From the NCBI GenBank assembly GCA_947630685.1, contig CANRII010000001.1, positions 199 through 64,198 on the forward strand: DNA of 64,000 bases, written 5' to 3'. A program made the position numbers and the translations under genes. Source of the DNA: an uncultured Ruminiclostridium sp. (GTDB lineage Bacteria > Bacillota > Clostridia > Oscillospirales > Ruminococcaceae). The notes under the pieces are model-generated. The model saw only the letters and a list, made by a program, of their open reading frames with translations. It searched no databases and was not told the origin of the DNA. Each line of letters starts with the position of its first letter. Position 1 is the stretch's first letter. Positions 1 through 9,518 of the stretch are shown in pieces.

Positions 1-81
1 GACGACGACAGACCCGACGGCGCGGTAAACGTACAGCCAAACCTTGAAGATGTCTGCATCTTCCATTTCGGGGAGATGTGA
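1..81 (+). CDS. ABC transporter ATP-binding protein, C-terminal fragment (truncated by window edge)
   Basis: Frame 1 reads DDDRPDGAVNVQPNLEDVCIFHFGEM*. PNLED is the usual C-terminal motif of ABC-2 ATPases, and the stop lies 1 nt before the permease ATG. Confidence 0.6.
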   Translation, partial: DDDRPDGAVNVQPNLEDVCIFHFGEM

Positions 82-82
82 T

Positions 83-1222
83 ATGATACTTTACGAGCTG
101 AAAAAATACATACTTAAACCCTCGGTATTTGTCTGCTTAATAATATTTGCCGTTGTGAACTTTGTAAAATTTTTCGAGCTGTACTACAATTTCGGAGGAG
201 GAAGAGGTCAGATTGCGGATAACGGCGCCGGTGCGGGCGTTATCGAGCTGTATGAAAAATACGGCGGGACTATCACCGATGAAAAGATAGCGGGGCTGAA
301 AGCCGACCTTGACTTTGCCGAAAAGAGCTTTGCCGAAAACGGCATTACCGAGGAAGCAAGCGACAAGTTTTACACCGGGTACGCTTACGGCGACAAAAAC
401 GAGATAAGCGCTATCATCAAAAAATACCAAAGCGCGATACTTTATGAAAACACCGCGAACGAACTATCGCAAAAGGCGGACGAAAACGCGAGATTTTTCG
501 CGGGCAAGAATGATTATGAACAGCGCAAAAACGAGCTTATCCGCGACACCTTCAGCGGGCGGTATATCGGACAATGCGTGAGAAGCAACGGGTGGGAAAC
601 GCTGTTTGACTTTAAGTTTTCCGCTATACTCACCATGCTACTTATCGCGCTTATGCTCTCCCCGATATTTGCGGGAGAACGCGCGGACGGCTTTGACCGA
701 CTTATAATATCGTCGGGAAAGCGCGGCGCGGCGATACGCTCAAAGCTGCTCACGGCGGGGATCGTCGCGTTTACGGTCACGCTGATATTCTTTATTTTAG
801 ATGTGAGCTATACCTTTACGGTGTACGGGCTCAGCTGCTTTGACGCGCCGCTTTATGCGATATATCCTAACGCCCCGCTAAACGTCACTTTGCTCGGAGC
901 GTTGGCAACGGCGTTTATTATGAGGCTTGCGGCTATGCTGTTTATGGCGGCGTGTGTTGTGCTTATCTCCTCGTTTTGCAAAAACACCGGCGCGGCGCTT
1001 ATCATATCGGTGCTGTTCGGCGCGGCGCTTGTCGTGCTGACCGAGCTTTTGCCGAGCGCGTTCAACCCGTTAGAGCTTGTATATTCGAGCGAGTTTTTCT
1101 CAAATTTTGACACGGTAGATCTTTTCGGCTTGCCGTGCTTACAGCTGTTTGCCTCGATAGGCTTTACGCTGCTGCTTACCTTAGCCGCGGGAGCGGTTAC
1201 GGCGATAAGGGGGCTTAGATAA
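83..1222 (+). CDS. ABC-2 type transporter permease
   Basis: Starts MILYELKK (ATG 83 preferred over TTG 44). N-terminal TM, extracytoplasmic loop, then about 5 TM helices; typical FAGERADG motif. Confidence 0.75.
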   Translation: MILYELKKYILKPSVFVCLIIFAVVNFVKFFELYYNFGGGRGQIADNGAGAGVIELYEKYGGTITDEKIAGLKADLDFAEKSFAENGITEEASDKFYTGYAYGDKNEISAIIKKYQSAILYENTANELSQKADENARFFAGKNDYEQRKNELIRDTFSGRYIGQCVRSNGWETLFDFKFSAILTMLLIALMLSPIFAGERADGFDRLIISSGKRGAAIRSKLLTAGIVAFTVTLIFFILDVSYTFTVYGLSCFDAPLYAIYPNAPLNVTLLGALATAFIMRLAAMLFMAACVVLISSFCKNTGAALIISVLFGAALVVLTELLPSAFNPLELVYSSEFFSNFDTVDLFGLPCLQLFASIGFTLLLTLAAGAVTAIRGLR

Positions 1223-4200
1223 TGGTACTTTCAGAGCTTAAAAAGCTGTTTATAAAGCAGCACGTTTTGCTTTTGATAATAATAATTTCAATAGTAAAGG
1301 TGATCACCTCGCTTAATATGTTCGCTCCCGATTATAACGGGCTTTCTCCCGAACAGCAGAAAAAATATCTCGCATATATAGACGAGCTCGGCGGAAAGCT
1401 CGACGAAAGCAAGGAGGAAAAAATCGTCCTGCTTTACGCCGAATATCAGTCCGCCGCCGAAATGTTAAAGCAGGTGCATGATAAATACGTCGCGGGCGAA
1501 TATGCCACCTCGGAGGAATATTTTGCCGCTATGCGGGAAATACCCGAGATAGCGGAGGACGCCGAGGCTATAGAAAAGCTGTACGCCGCTTATGAAAAGA
1601 TAAGCGAAAACGAAAGCGGTATGCTGCTCGCCTCGGACGCGCCGATAATGTCGGTCGGCATGGAGTACCCGCTTATGCTGCTTATCTGCTACATATCCGC
1701 CGCCGCGTTCTACTACGAGCGCAAAATGGATCCGCTGTCGCTGACATCCGTAAAGGGCAGATCCGCCTGCGCGGGAAGATCGTTCTCGCTGTTTTGCGCG
1801 GTGGGGCTTGCCTGTGTGATATTCTTTATAACGGAATTTTGCGCGTTGTGCGCCGAGATAGGCACAGACAGCCTTTTCGCCTCGGTGACCAGCCTTGAGA
1901 GCTTTGGCAGGTCAAATTACCCCGATATGAATATACTCACCTGCTTTTGCCTAGCACATCTGCTTAAATTTATCGGCTGTCTGCTGACTGCGGCGACCGG
2001 CGCGGTGATAATGAGGGCGGGAAAGAATTTTGCGGCGGCGATATTTACCCCCGCGGCGATACACTTTGTATGGGCGTACCTCTTTTCAAAAAAGGATATC
2101 GAGTTCTATTCCCCCTATTCGCTTATGCAGGGCGGGGTGTTCTTTCAAGGCGACGCTGAATACCGCACCCATCTTGCTATTCCGTCAGGGCAGACTATAG
2201 CGCTCGCCGCAGTGTCGATAGTGCTTATCGCGGCGGCGTGCATATATCTTACAAATTCATACAAAAACCGCCGTATGCGTATCGGCGGCGCGGCGATAAT
2301 TACCGCGGCTGTTATGCTGCTCGGCGGCTGTTCGGCAGCTTCAGGCGGCGATGAATATGCAAATATCGCCTATGATGAAGCCTACGGCGGCGGGTATTAT
2401 TTTAAGTGCCAAGACATATTAGCCGACGCGCCCGTATCAGACAGCTTCAGCAATACGAATGAAGACGATAAATATATTATCGGCACTAAAATAGAGCAGT
2501 ACGACGAATACGGGAAAATCGTCTGCGATCAGATAAACCGCGAGTTGTTTACCAACGGCGGCACCATACAGGATATATCAGTCTGCGGCGGGTATCTTTA
2601 TTATCTTTTCTACGACGGCGGGGGCAGCAAGATAGGCAGGATAAGCCTTGACGATTACTCCGACGACGTAATTTATTCGGGTGGGTACTATCCCGACTTG
2701 ACGGCTTATTTTGATTTGTTTTTGTTCTATGAATCAAGCGACGGTATGCCGCCCGAGCCGAAAGACTTTATTGCGGCTGAAAGCGGGGTGATCTTCCACA
2801 CCTCTAATGAAAACGGCGAGGCGCTTTACAGCTTAGACCCGTCAAGCGGCAGGATCTCTTATCTGCTTGAGGATATAATGATACCGGCTTACGCGTTAGC
2901 GGGCGGAAAGCTGTACTATATAAATTCCGACGGACATCTTACGTTATTTTCCGACAATAAAAAGACTAACGTGTGCGACGGTCAGTATAAGGCTATGTGT
3001 GCGTATGACGGAAAGCTGTATCTTGCGGGCGGACAGGGTATGTTCTGCTATGAGATAAACAGCGGCACGCTCGAAAAAATATCGGATATTACCGAGATCG
3101 TCGACCTCAGGATAGCAAACGATGTGCTTAAATATAAAATTTACGGCACGTCGCAGTGGGAAGAATTAAACCTCGGCTCCGACGCGGCAGACAGTACCAC
3201 CGACAGCACGGAAACCGGCACCGTTCCCGCCCCTGATGAGGAAACGTCCGACAGTGACGAGCCTACCCCGTCAGGAAACATCCACAGCTATACTATCATA
3301 AGCTACATAGACAAGGAGCAAAAGCACCTGCTGATGAGAAGACGGCTACCCTCGGACGACGGTTCATCGATGTATGAATTTGCGGTTTACGACACCGAGA
3401 GCAAAAAAATAATAGGCACGCTTGAAAACGACATTGAGAGATGTTGCTATTATGATGATCATATATCGCTGCCCTCGTTCAACGATCCCCAATCAGAAAC
3501 CACATTCGCTTTATACGATTCATCATTAAATAAAATAAAGATGATCGAGGGAGATGTATGGGAGCTTCCGCTATACCTTGACGACGAGGATATATTTATC
3601 GGCGGATACCATGTAAAGACCGCCGACGGGAAAGACGATTATAAGTGGGCAAGATATGATACCGACGGCAAGCTCATAGACTTTTTCGACGACGAAAATA
3701 AAGAATTATATCCTGCGCCCCCGCCTTTGGCGGTAAACGGAAAGCTTATATTTCAATCTACGGACGAAACTAACGAGAGCGGAGAATTTGTCGAGGTCAT
3801 GAATTATGACGGGAGCGATTACAGAATATGGCAGATATATGATGAAATTGAGTATCACAAAGTCGGTCGGCTCGGCAAATACGTCTACTTTTTGCCCGAT
3901 AATATCAGTGGGCATGAGGGGATACCCGGAAAGGCGTATTTTTACGATACCGAGAAAGACGATCTGATATATGTAGATACCGTCACAGAGCATGAGGTGG
4001 CAAATTCAACGGTCAGCCCCAACGGAAAGTATCTTGTCACCAATTTTACGGAATTAAAAGACAAAATCCCGGTGCGAACATTTATACGCTTTTACGATAT
4101 AGAAAAGAACGAGCTTGTATACACCTATACTAAAGAAGATGTGGAATACGGCTGTATGATAGACGCATATTTTGACGGTGTGCAGGTGAGATCCCTAGAC

Positions 4201-4242
4201 GGAGATTATTTTCTGAAGTATGAGGATCTGGGGCTAAATTAA
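1222..4242 (+). CDS. ABC-2 permease fused to large extracellular beta-propeller-like domains
   Basis: About 350 aa multi-TM permease, then LLGGC lipobox-like segment, Tyr/Asp-rich propeller-like repeats, S/T/D/E linker, and a C-terminal domain paralogous to that of 4258..6321. Start overlaps the previous stop (TAATG). Confidence 0.7.
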   Translation: MVLSELKKLFIKQHVLLLIIIISIVKVITSLNMFAPDYNGLSPEQQKKYLAYIDELGGKLDESKEEKIVLLYAEYQSAAEMLKQVHDKYVAGEYATSEEYFAAMREIPEIAEDAEAIEKLYAAYEKISENESGMLLASDAPIMSVGMEYPLMLLICYISAAAFYYERKMDPLSLTSVKGRSACAGRSFSLFCAVGLACVIFFITEFCALCAEIGTDSLFASVTSLESFGRSNYPDMNILTCFCLAHLLKFIGCLLTAATGAVIMRAGKNFAAAIFTPAAIHFVWAYLFSKKDIEFYSPYSLMQGGVFFQGDAEYRTHLAIPSGQTIALAAVSIVLIAAACIYLTNSYKNRRMRIGGAAIITAAVMLLGGCSAASGGDEYANIAYDEAYGGGYYFKCQDILADAPVSDSFSNTNEDDKYIIGTKIEQYDEYGKIVCDQINRELFTNGGTIQDISVCGGYLYYLFYDGGGSKIGRISLDDYSDDVIYSGGYYPDLTAYFDLFLFYESSDGMPPEPKDFIAAESGVIFHTSNENGEALYSLDPSSGRISYLLEDIMIPAYALAGGKLYYINSDGHLTLFSDNKKTNVCDGQYKAMCAYDGKLYLAGGQGMFCYEINSGTLEKISDITEIVDLRIANDVLKYKIYGTSQWEELNLGSDAADSTTDSTETGTVPAPDEETSDSDEPTPSGNIHSYTIISYIDKEQKHLLMRRRLPSDDGSSMYEFAVYDTESKKIIGTLENDIERCCYYDDHISLPSFNDPQSETTFALYDSSLNKIKMIEGDVWELPLYLDDEDIFIGGYHVKTADGKDDYKWARYDTDGKLIDFFDDENKELYPAPPPLAVNGKLIFQSTDETNESGEFVEVMNYDGSDYRIWQIYDEIEYHKVGRLGKYVYFLPDNISGHEGIPGKAYFYDTEKDDLIYVDTVTEHEVANSTVSPNGKYLVTNFTELKDKIPVRTFIRFYDIEKNELVYTYTKEDVEYGCMIDAYFDGVQVRSLDGDYFLKYEDLGLN
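3295..4242 (+). repeat. Duplicated C-terminal domain, copy 1 (copy 2 at 5371..6321)
   Basis: Both encode II[SG]YIDKEQKHLLMRRRLP...YFLKYE[DE]LGL. Nucleotide similarity is patchy, with a near-identical 159-nt stretch (3445-3603 vs 5521-5679). Confidence 0.9.
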
Positions 4243-4257
4243 AAAAGGAGGATAATT

Positions 4258-6321
4258 ATGAAAATCAAAAGAATTATCGCTATGTTAGCAGCGGCGGCGC
4301 TATGTCTTACGGCTTGCTCGGACACCAGGGCGACGTCCGGCATGGCGAGCGACCCGTTTGCGGACGAAAGCGCGGATTCGGCGGAAGAAACCGAACTCAG
4401 CGACAAAGATTATGAGGAACTGTTCGGAAAATATCAATCGGGCATTGCGGACTTTGACGACAGGAGCTTTGAATACAAGGACGGCGTGATAGAAAAGTCG
4501 TTCACCGCCAAGACCAAAGACAACGAATACGATGTAGAATACGGCTATATGGCTTATATAAACGGCATACCGCAGAAAATAAGCCTAAACGGCGGCGAGC
4601 CGCAGGAAATGGTGAGCGTCACCCTGCCGCCCAATACCGAGCAGAAAATAACGCTTGACATTAAGCCTGCTCTTACCGAGGATATAAAAAGCGAAAAAGA
4701 ATTGCAAGTGAAATTTTTGAGCATATTTAATCCGTCCTACAAGCCGCAGGGGCAGTATGTGGGCTTCGGTAACGCCCATAACGGCACAGCCGACGGCAGA
4801 CAAATCATACAGCCGGACGGCTCGGAGGAGAGTATTTCGGATATAAAAACTACTACCGAGTACGAATCGGTCGCTATTACCAAAGAGGTAAAGAAAAAGT
4901 ATTCGCTGAACGATGTTACCGCGAGCGGCTATATCATGATAAGCGGGGATTATTTACCGCTTAAATCGGGAGAAAGCTCCGTCAAGACAGATATACTTAT
5001 GCTCGGCAATACGGCTAACACCTATCGGGTATTTTTGTACAAAAATCACGAGCGGATACAAATAAACGGCTGTGACTGCGCCGAAATGAAGGTAGAAAAC
5101 GGCAAGCTCAGTATACTCGGCGTCGAGATACCCGACGTACAAAACCGCGATATCCTTTATGCTGTGGCAATACCCATAGACGACACGGAAAATATCATCA
5201 ATCTTTGCAAATCCGGCAGCGCTCTGATACTCAGCGAGGACGATCCGAGCTATAATTTAGTTCAGGAGACCGACGAAACGGAGTCTGTACCGAGCACGGA
5301 AACTTCCGACGAGCCGGAAGAAGAAGAGGAGGAAGAGGAAGAAACCGGCGGCAGTATTTACGATTACGGTATCATAGGCTACATAGACAAGGAGCAAAAG
5401 CACCTGCTGATGCGAAGGCGGCTTCCCACGGACGGGGATCCAACGATGTATGAATTTGCGGTATACGACACCGACAGCGAAAAGATAACAAGCACCCTCG
5501 AAAACGACTATGACGAATACTGCTATTATGATGATCATATATCAATATCCTCGTTCAACGGTCCCCAATCAGAAACCACATTCGCTTTATACGATTCGTC
5601 ATTAAATAAAATAAAGATGATCGAGGGAGATGTATGGACGCTTCCGATATACATTGACGACAAGGATATATTTATCGGCCTGTGCCCCGGAAAAGACGAC
5701 GACGGAAAAGACATTCTTAAGTTGGCAAGATACGATAAGGACGGTAAGCTGATAGATTTTATCAAAGACTGCGATACGTACGATCCGATTAGCATTTTAG
5801 CGGTAAACGATAAGCTGATATGTGAGTCGCAGCACAGCGAATACGGCAAAGGCGAGTTTGTCGAAGTAATGAATTATGACGGCAGCGATTACCGAAGATG
5901 GCAGATATTTGACAGCACCGAATATCATTACGTCGGACAACTCGGGAAATATATTTACTTTTTGCCGAACCTGATAAAAAACCCCAAGGACGGCCCCGGA
6001 AAGGTGTATTTTTACGATACCGAGAAAGATGATCTGATTTATGTGGACACCGTGACAGAAGAAGAGGCGGGAAGCTCCTCGGTCACTCCCGACGGGAAGT
6101 ATCTTGTCACCTGTTACGTGGAGGAAAAGGACAGAATAGCTCAGCAGGAATTTGTACGTTTTTACGATATTGAAAAGAATGAGCTTGTTTACACCTACAA
6201 CAGAGGAAAAGACAAGATAGAGTTTGGACTTGCCGGAGTAACGGCATATTTTGACGGTGTATGGGTGTATTCCCGCGACGGTAATTATTTTCTGAAATAT
6301 GAGGAGCTCGGGCTTTATTAA
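4258..6321 (+). CDS. Lipoprotein with C-terminal beta-propeller-like domain
   Basis: Signal peptide MKIKRIIAMLAAAALCLTAC with lipobox, AGGAGG RBS, poly-Glu linker, C-terminal domain shared with the upstream gene. Confidence 0.8.
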   Translation: MKIKRIIAMLAAAALCLTACSDTRATSGMASDPFADESADSAEETELSDKDYEELFGKYQSGIADFDDRSFEYKDGVIEKSFTAKTKDNEYDVEYGYMAYINGIPQKISLNGGEPQEMVSVTLPPNTEQKITLDIKPALTEDIKSEKELQVKFLSIFNPSYKPQGQYVGFGNAHNGTADGRQIIQPDGSEESISDIKTTTEYESVAITKEVKKKYSLNDVTASGYIMISGDYLPLKSGESSVKTDILMLGNTANTYRVFLYKNHERIQINGCDCAEMKVENGKLSILGVEIPDVQNRDILYAVAIPIDDTENIINLCKSGSALILSEDDPSYNLVQETDETESVPSTETSDEPEEEEEEEEETGGSIYDYGIIGYIDKEQKHLLMRRRLPTDGDPTMYEFAVYDTDSEKITSTLENDYDEYCYYDDHISISSFNGPQSETTFALYDSSLNKIKMIEGDVWTLPIYIDDKDIFIGLCPGKDDDGKDILKLARYDKDGKLIDFIKDCDTYDPISILAVNDKLICESQHSEYGKGEFVEVMNYDGSDYRRWQIFDSTEYHYVGQLGKYIYFLPNLIKNPKDGPGKVYFYDTEKDDLIYVDTVTEEEAGSSSVTPDGKYLVTCYVEEKDRIAQQEFVRFYDIEKNELVYTYNRGKDKIEFGLAGVTAYFDGVWVYSRDGNYFLKYEELGLY
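5371..6321 (+). repeat. Duplicated C-terminal domain, copy 2 (copy 1 at 3295..4242)
   Basis: Offset of 2076 nt from copy 1 at the 5' end. Confidence 0.9.
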
Positions 6322-6393
6322 ATCGCGATTTCCGGCAAAGGCGGCTATTTCCTAAAAGTCGGGTTTGATTACGAAATCGTCAGCCCTACAGGT

Positions 6394-6422
6394 TTGAAAA
6401 CCCTATGCGAATATGATATAAT
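6394..6422 (+). promoter_or_regulatory. Sigma-A type promoter with extended -10
   Basis: TTGAAA-17 nt-TATAAT with TG at the extended position, upstream of the M4 peptidase gene. Confidence 0.75.
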
Positions 6423-6505
6423 TAATATTAGATAAGATACTTATGCAATTCCGAAACGGCATAAGTATCTTATCATATTCGTATAAAAATAAAAGGAGAA
6501 GAAGC

Positions 6506-9139
6506 ATGAAGAAAACAAAGTTTGCCGCAGCGATAACGACCGCCTCGGCTATGCTGTTTGTCTGTGCGTTTTCCGCCTCGGCGGAGAATTACGCCGTTAC
6601 CGGCTCGTTCGACGCATACAGCGAAGGCGATTCGGCGACAGTTACGGCCACCGTTACAAACGATTACTACTATGATGTAGACGGCATCGGCTACAGCGTA
6701 TCGGTATCGGATAACGCGGTGATCAAGGGCGAAACCTCTAAAACCGACGTATCGCTTGCCGCGGGTGAAAGCGACAGCCTTACCTTTGAGGTAGAGCTTT
6801 TACAGCAGGAGGAGTCCTCGCAGCCCGAAGCTTCCAAGCCCGAAAGCTCTCAGCCCGAAAGCTCCGAACCCGAAAGCTCTCAGCCGGAATCTTCACAGTC
6901 GGCGGGCGATAACCCGAATACCGGCGTAGGCGTAAGCGGCGCGGCTATAGCTGTATCCGTTCTGGCTTTGGCGGCGGTAGGTTTCGCGGCTGTAAGAAAG
7001 AAAAAACAGCTGCTTTCACTTATACTTTGCGTAGCTGTAGCGGGTACCGCGGTAGTAACATCCTTGCCGCTTACAGCTGACGCGGAAGAGGCCGAAAGCG
7101 ATCCCTCAACGCAGATAGTTGAGATGGAGCTGGGCGGCGAAACGGTAACGGTAACTCTTGATATTACCGTACCCGAGCAGCCGGAGATACACGATAACTC
7201 CGAAGAGGATATCCAGCGCCTCAACGACGGCAAAGCGGTCATCTCAAGATACACCGACAGCGGAGAGATATCCTTTATAAACGGTAAATACACCGATTAT
7301 AAGGTCACCGACCCCGAAACGGCATTCAATTCTACCAGAGCGGTAGACACACTACTTAACAGCAAGGACGTTGTGCTCGCATACTTAAGGACTGACACGG
7401 CTCAAAACGGCGACACGTTCTACACCTTTACCCAGATGCAGGGAATAGCGCAGGTCTCCAACGCTTTCATCAAGATAGGAGTAGACAAGGACGGCAACAC
7501 TATCAGCCTGTCCAGCTCTATCGACCCCGACGCGACCGCGCTTAATATTTCCGAAGAGGATGTAAGAGCAAACTTTGAAAAAGCTATAGAGGCAGCGGAA
7601 AAATACGTTGAGGAAAACGGCGGTACGCTGGTCCCCGCGGCAGAGCCTAATGTAGTTTTGCACAAGAACGCTTACATGGCGTCCTGCTTCCTGTTTTATG
7701 TCAAGCTGGACGAGAATCCCAATCTGCCGAGCGGTTCGGAATCCTCCGGCTATCTTAAGCTGCTTATAGAAACTCAGTCATGTACGGTATACGACGTGGT
7801 TCCGGTAAAAACTATCGACTCGACTACCGGCGAAAACGTCGATAACAGTAAATATTTCGACGTAGAAACCGAGCAAATGGAATTTACCGACTATTACGGT
7901 CAGAAGGTAACTCTGCCGGTAGCTAAGAACGACGACGGTTATTACTTTGTAGATCCCGAGCGCAAAATTATCTGCGTCGATTCCTGGAAAACCTTTGATA
8001 CCGAAAAAGCAGGAATACAAAACGTTGTTCCGGTGGTATTCGCTTCCGCCGAAGAAGCTCCGGCGCTGCTGGTATCCATATTCAGCAACATGAGGACTAT
8101 CTACGACTTTTATGCCGCAAAGGGCATTAAGTCCTTAGACGGCAACGGACTTCCCTTACTGCTCGGTTTAGGATTTAACGCGGGCTTCGGTCAGGATATG
8201 GAGAACGCGGCGTTCACCTCCGTGATAAGCGGATTCGGCTGCTTCATGTTCGGCAATTATCCGCTAAGCTCTTGCTTTGATTTCTCCGCGCACGAGTTCA
8301 CACACGGAATAAAAGCCTGCCACAACAGCAAAGGCACGGCTATAAATAACGCCGGCTCGATAGAAGAATCCTACGCGGATATACTCGGCAATCTTATCGA
8401 AATGCAGATAGACCCGCCGGGCTGCAACAAGGATATATGGTACATCGGAGAGCAGCAGATGGGTAAAACGAGCATCCTGCGCTGCATGTCCGACCCGCAT
8501 TCCTGCAATCAGCCGGAATATGTAGGCGACGTAAACTTCGTAATGAATACCCGATATGCGTCCTCGCTGGTAATAGACGACAGCGGCGGAGTACATGTAA
8601 ACAACTCCATACTGCCGTATATATGCTATCAGATGGATCAGGCGGGCATAAGCCTTGAAGATAACTTCGATATATGGGCATACACCCTTTATACTGCGGT
8701 ACCCGACAGCGAGTATAAGGATATAGCCGAAATGCTCAAGCTCGCGGTAGTGCGTCTTGGCTTTGAGGATAAGCTAGACACGGTAAGCAAGCTGCTGGAC
8801 AACGCTAACCTTTACGGCGATACAACTTCGTGGGACAGCTACGAAAGGCCGGAGGGTTCGGTAAAGCTTGAATACAAGCTGGAGAACGTTCCCGAAGGCT
8901 GCGAATGGTCGTTGGCTATAAAGAAAAATCTCGGCCGCTCCGGCAACCTTGTATATGCTACCGCCGATGAAAACAACGTTGCGACCAGCTACACCATGCC
9001 CGAAGCTCAAACCACTCTTATGCTGCTGATATCGATGGAGGGAAAAACCTATGCCGCTACCGTCTTTAACGACGATCTGGATTCCGATATGTCGGTAACA
9101 TTAGACTTTGATGAGCTTGAGCTCATGTTCCTTATGTAA
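6506..9139 (+). CDS. Secreted M4 (thermolysin-like) metallopeptidase with N-terminal domain and internal NPNTG sorting signal
   Basis: AAGGAG RBS then ATG 6506; signal peptide ending ASA. HEFTH zinc motif, GSIEESYAD third ligand, GGVHVNNSI, and an FTP-like propeptide region. Confidence 0.85.
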   Translation: MKKTKFAAAITTASAMLFVCAFSASAENYAVTGSFDAYSEGDSATVTATVTNDYYYDVDGIGYSVSVSDNAVIKGETSKTDVSLAAGESDSLTFEVELLQQEESSQPEASKPESSQPESSEPESSQPESSQSAGDNPNTGVGVSGAAIAVSVLALAAVGFAAVRKKKQLLSLILCVAVAGTAVVTSLPLTADAEEAESDPSTQIVEMELGGETVTVTLDITVPEQPEIHDNSEEDIQRLNDGKAVISRYTDSGEISFINGKYTDYKVTDPETAFNSTRAVDTLLNSKDVVLAYLRTDTAQNGDTFYTFTQMQGIAQVSNAFIKIGVDKDGNTISLSSSIDPDATALNISEEDVRANFEKAIEAAEKYVEENGGTLVPAAEPNVVLHKNAYMASCFLFYVKLDENPNLPSGSESSGYLKLLIETQSCTVYDVVPVKTIDSTTGENVDNSKYFDVETEQMEFTDYYGQKVTLPVAKNDDGYYFVDPERKIICVDSWKTFDTEKAGIQNVVPVVFASAEEAPALLVSIFSNMRTIYDFYAAKGIKSLDGNGLPLLLGLGFNAGFGQDMENAAFTSVISGFGCFMFGNYPLSSCFDFSAHEFTHGIKACHNSKGTAINNAGSIEESYADILGNLIEMQIDPPGCNKDIWYIGEQQMGKTSILRCMSDPHSCNQPEYVGDVNFVMNTRYASSLVIDDSGGVHVNNSILPYICYQMDQAGISLEDNFDIWAYTLYTAVPDSEYKDIAEMLKLAVVRLGFEDKLDTVSKLLDNANLYGDTTSWDSYERPEGSVKLEYKLENVPEGCEWSLAIKKNLGRSGNLVYATADENNVATSYTMPEAQTTLMLLISMEGKTYAATVFNDDLDSDMSVTLDFDELELMFLM
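6812..6898 (+). repeat. 15-nt tandem repeats encoding (ESSQP)n linker
   Basis: ESSQP EASKP ESSQP ESSEP ESSQP ESSQ. Confidence 0.9.
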
Positions 9140-9156
9140 TTAAAATAAATTATTTT

Positions 9157-9184
9157 TCCCCCGCTTTAAGCGGGGGATTTTTTT
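9157..9184 (+). terminator. Rho-independent terminator
   Basis: TCCCCCGC-TTTAA-GCGGGGGA stem-loop followed by T7. Confidence 0.85.
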
Positions 9185-9413
9185 GGGGTGGGAGGGTGGG
9201 ATGACCCGCGAAGCGGGGCATGAAAAACGGAGGGCGGAATAGAGGCTGATCTATAGGAAAATAACATCATGTAGGGGAGAAACTGCACTATCCGTTAAAA
9301 AGCACTATCGCTTAAAAAAGTAAACTCGTTTAAGGGAAAAACGTCGAAATAAAGGCAGCTGCGTCGATTTCCCGAAAATCGCTTTTTATTTCGTAAAAAT
9401 CAAAACCGCTATA

Positions 9414-9442
9414 TTGAAAATATTGTTAATTTGTGGTATAAT
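9414..9442 (+). promoter_or_regulatory. Sigma-A type promoter with extended -10
   Basis: TTGAAA-17 nt-TATAAT, TGG before the -10, upstream of the LytTR gene. Confidence 0.75.
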
Positions 9443-9518
9443 TAAATATATATGTCCGGCATTTCCTCTGAACCTAGGGATATCGGCATATTCTTTGACC
9501 CGGTTGGAGGTATCTTCT

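Noticed and set aside
5317-5343. Phase-variable repeat in the lipoprotein
   Set aside because: Mixed GAA/GAG codons encode an in-frame poly-Glu linker, and slippage would not shift frame.
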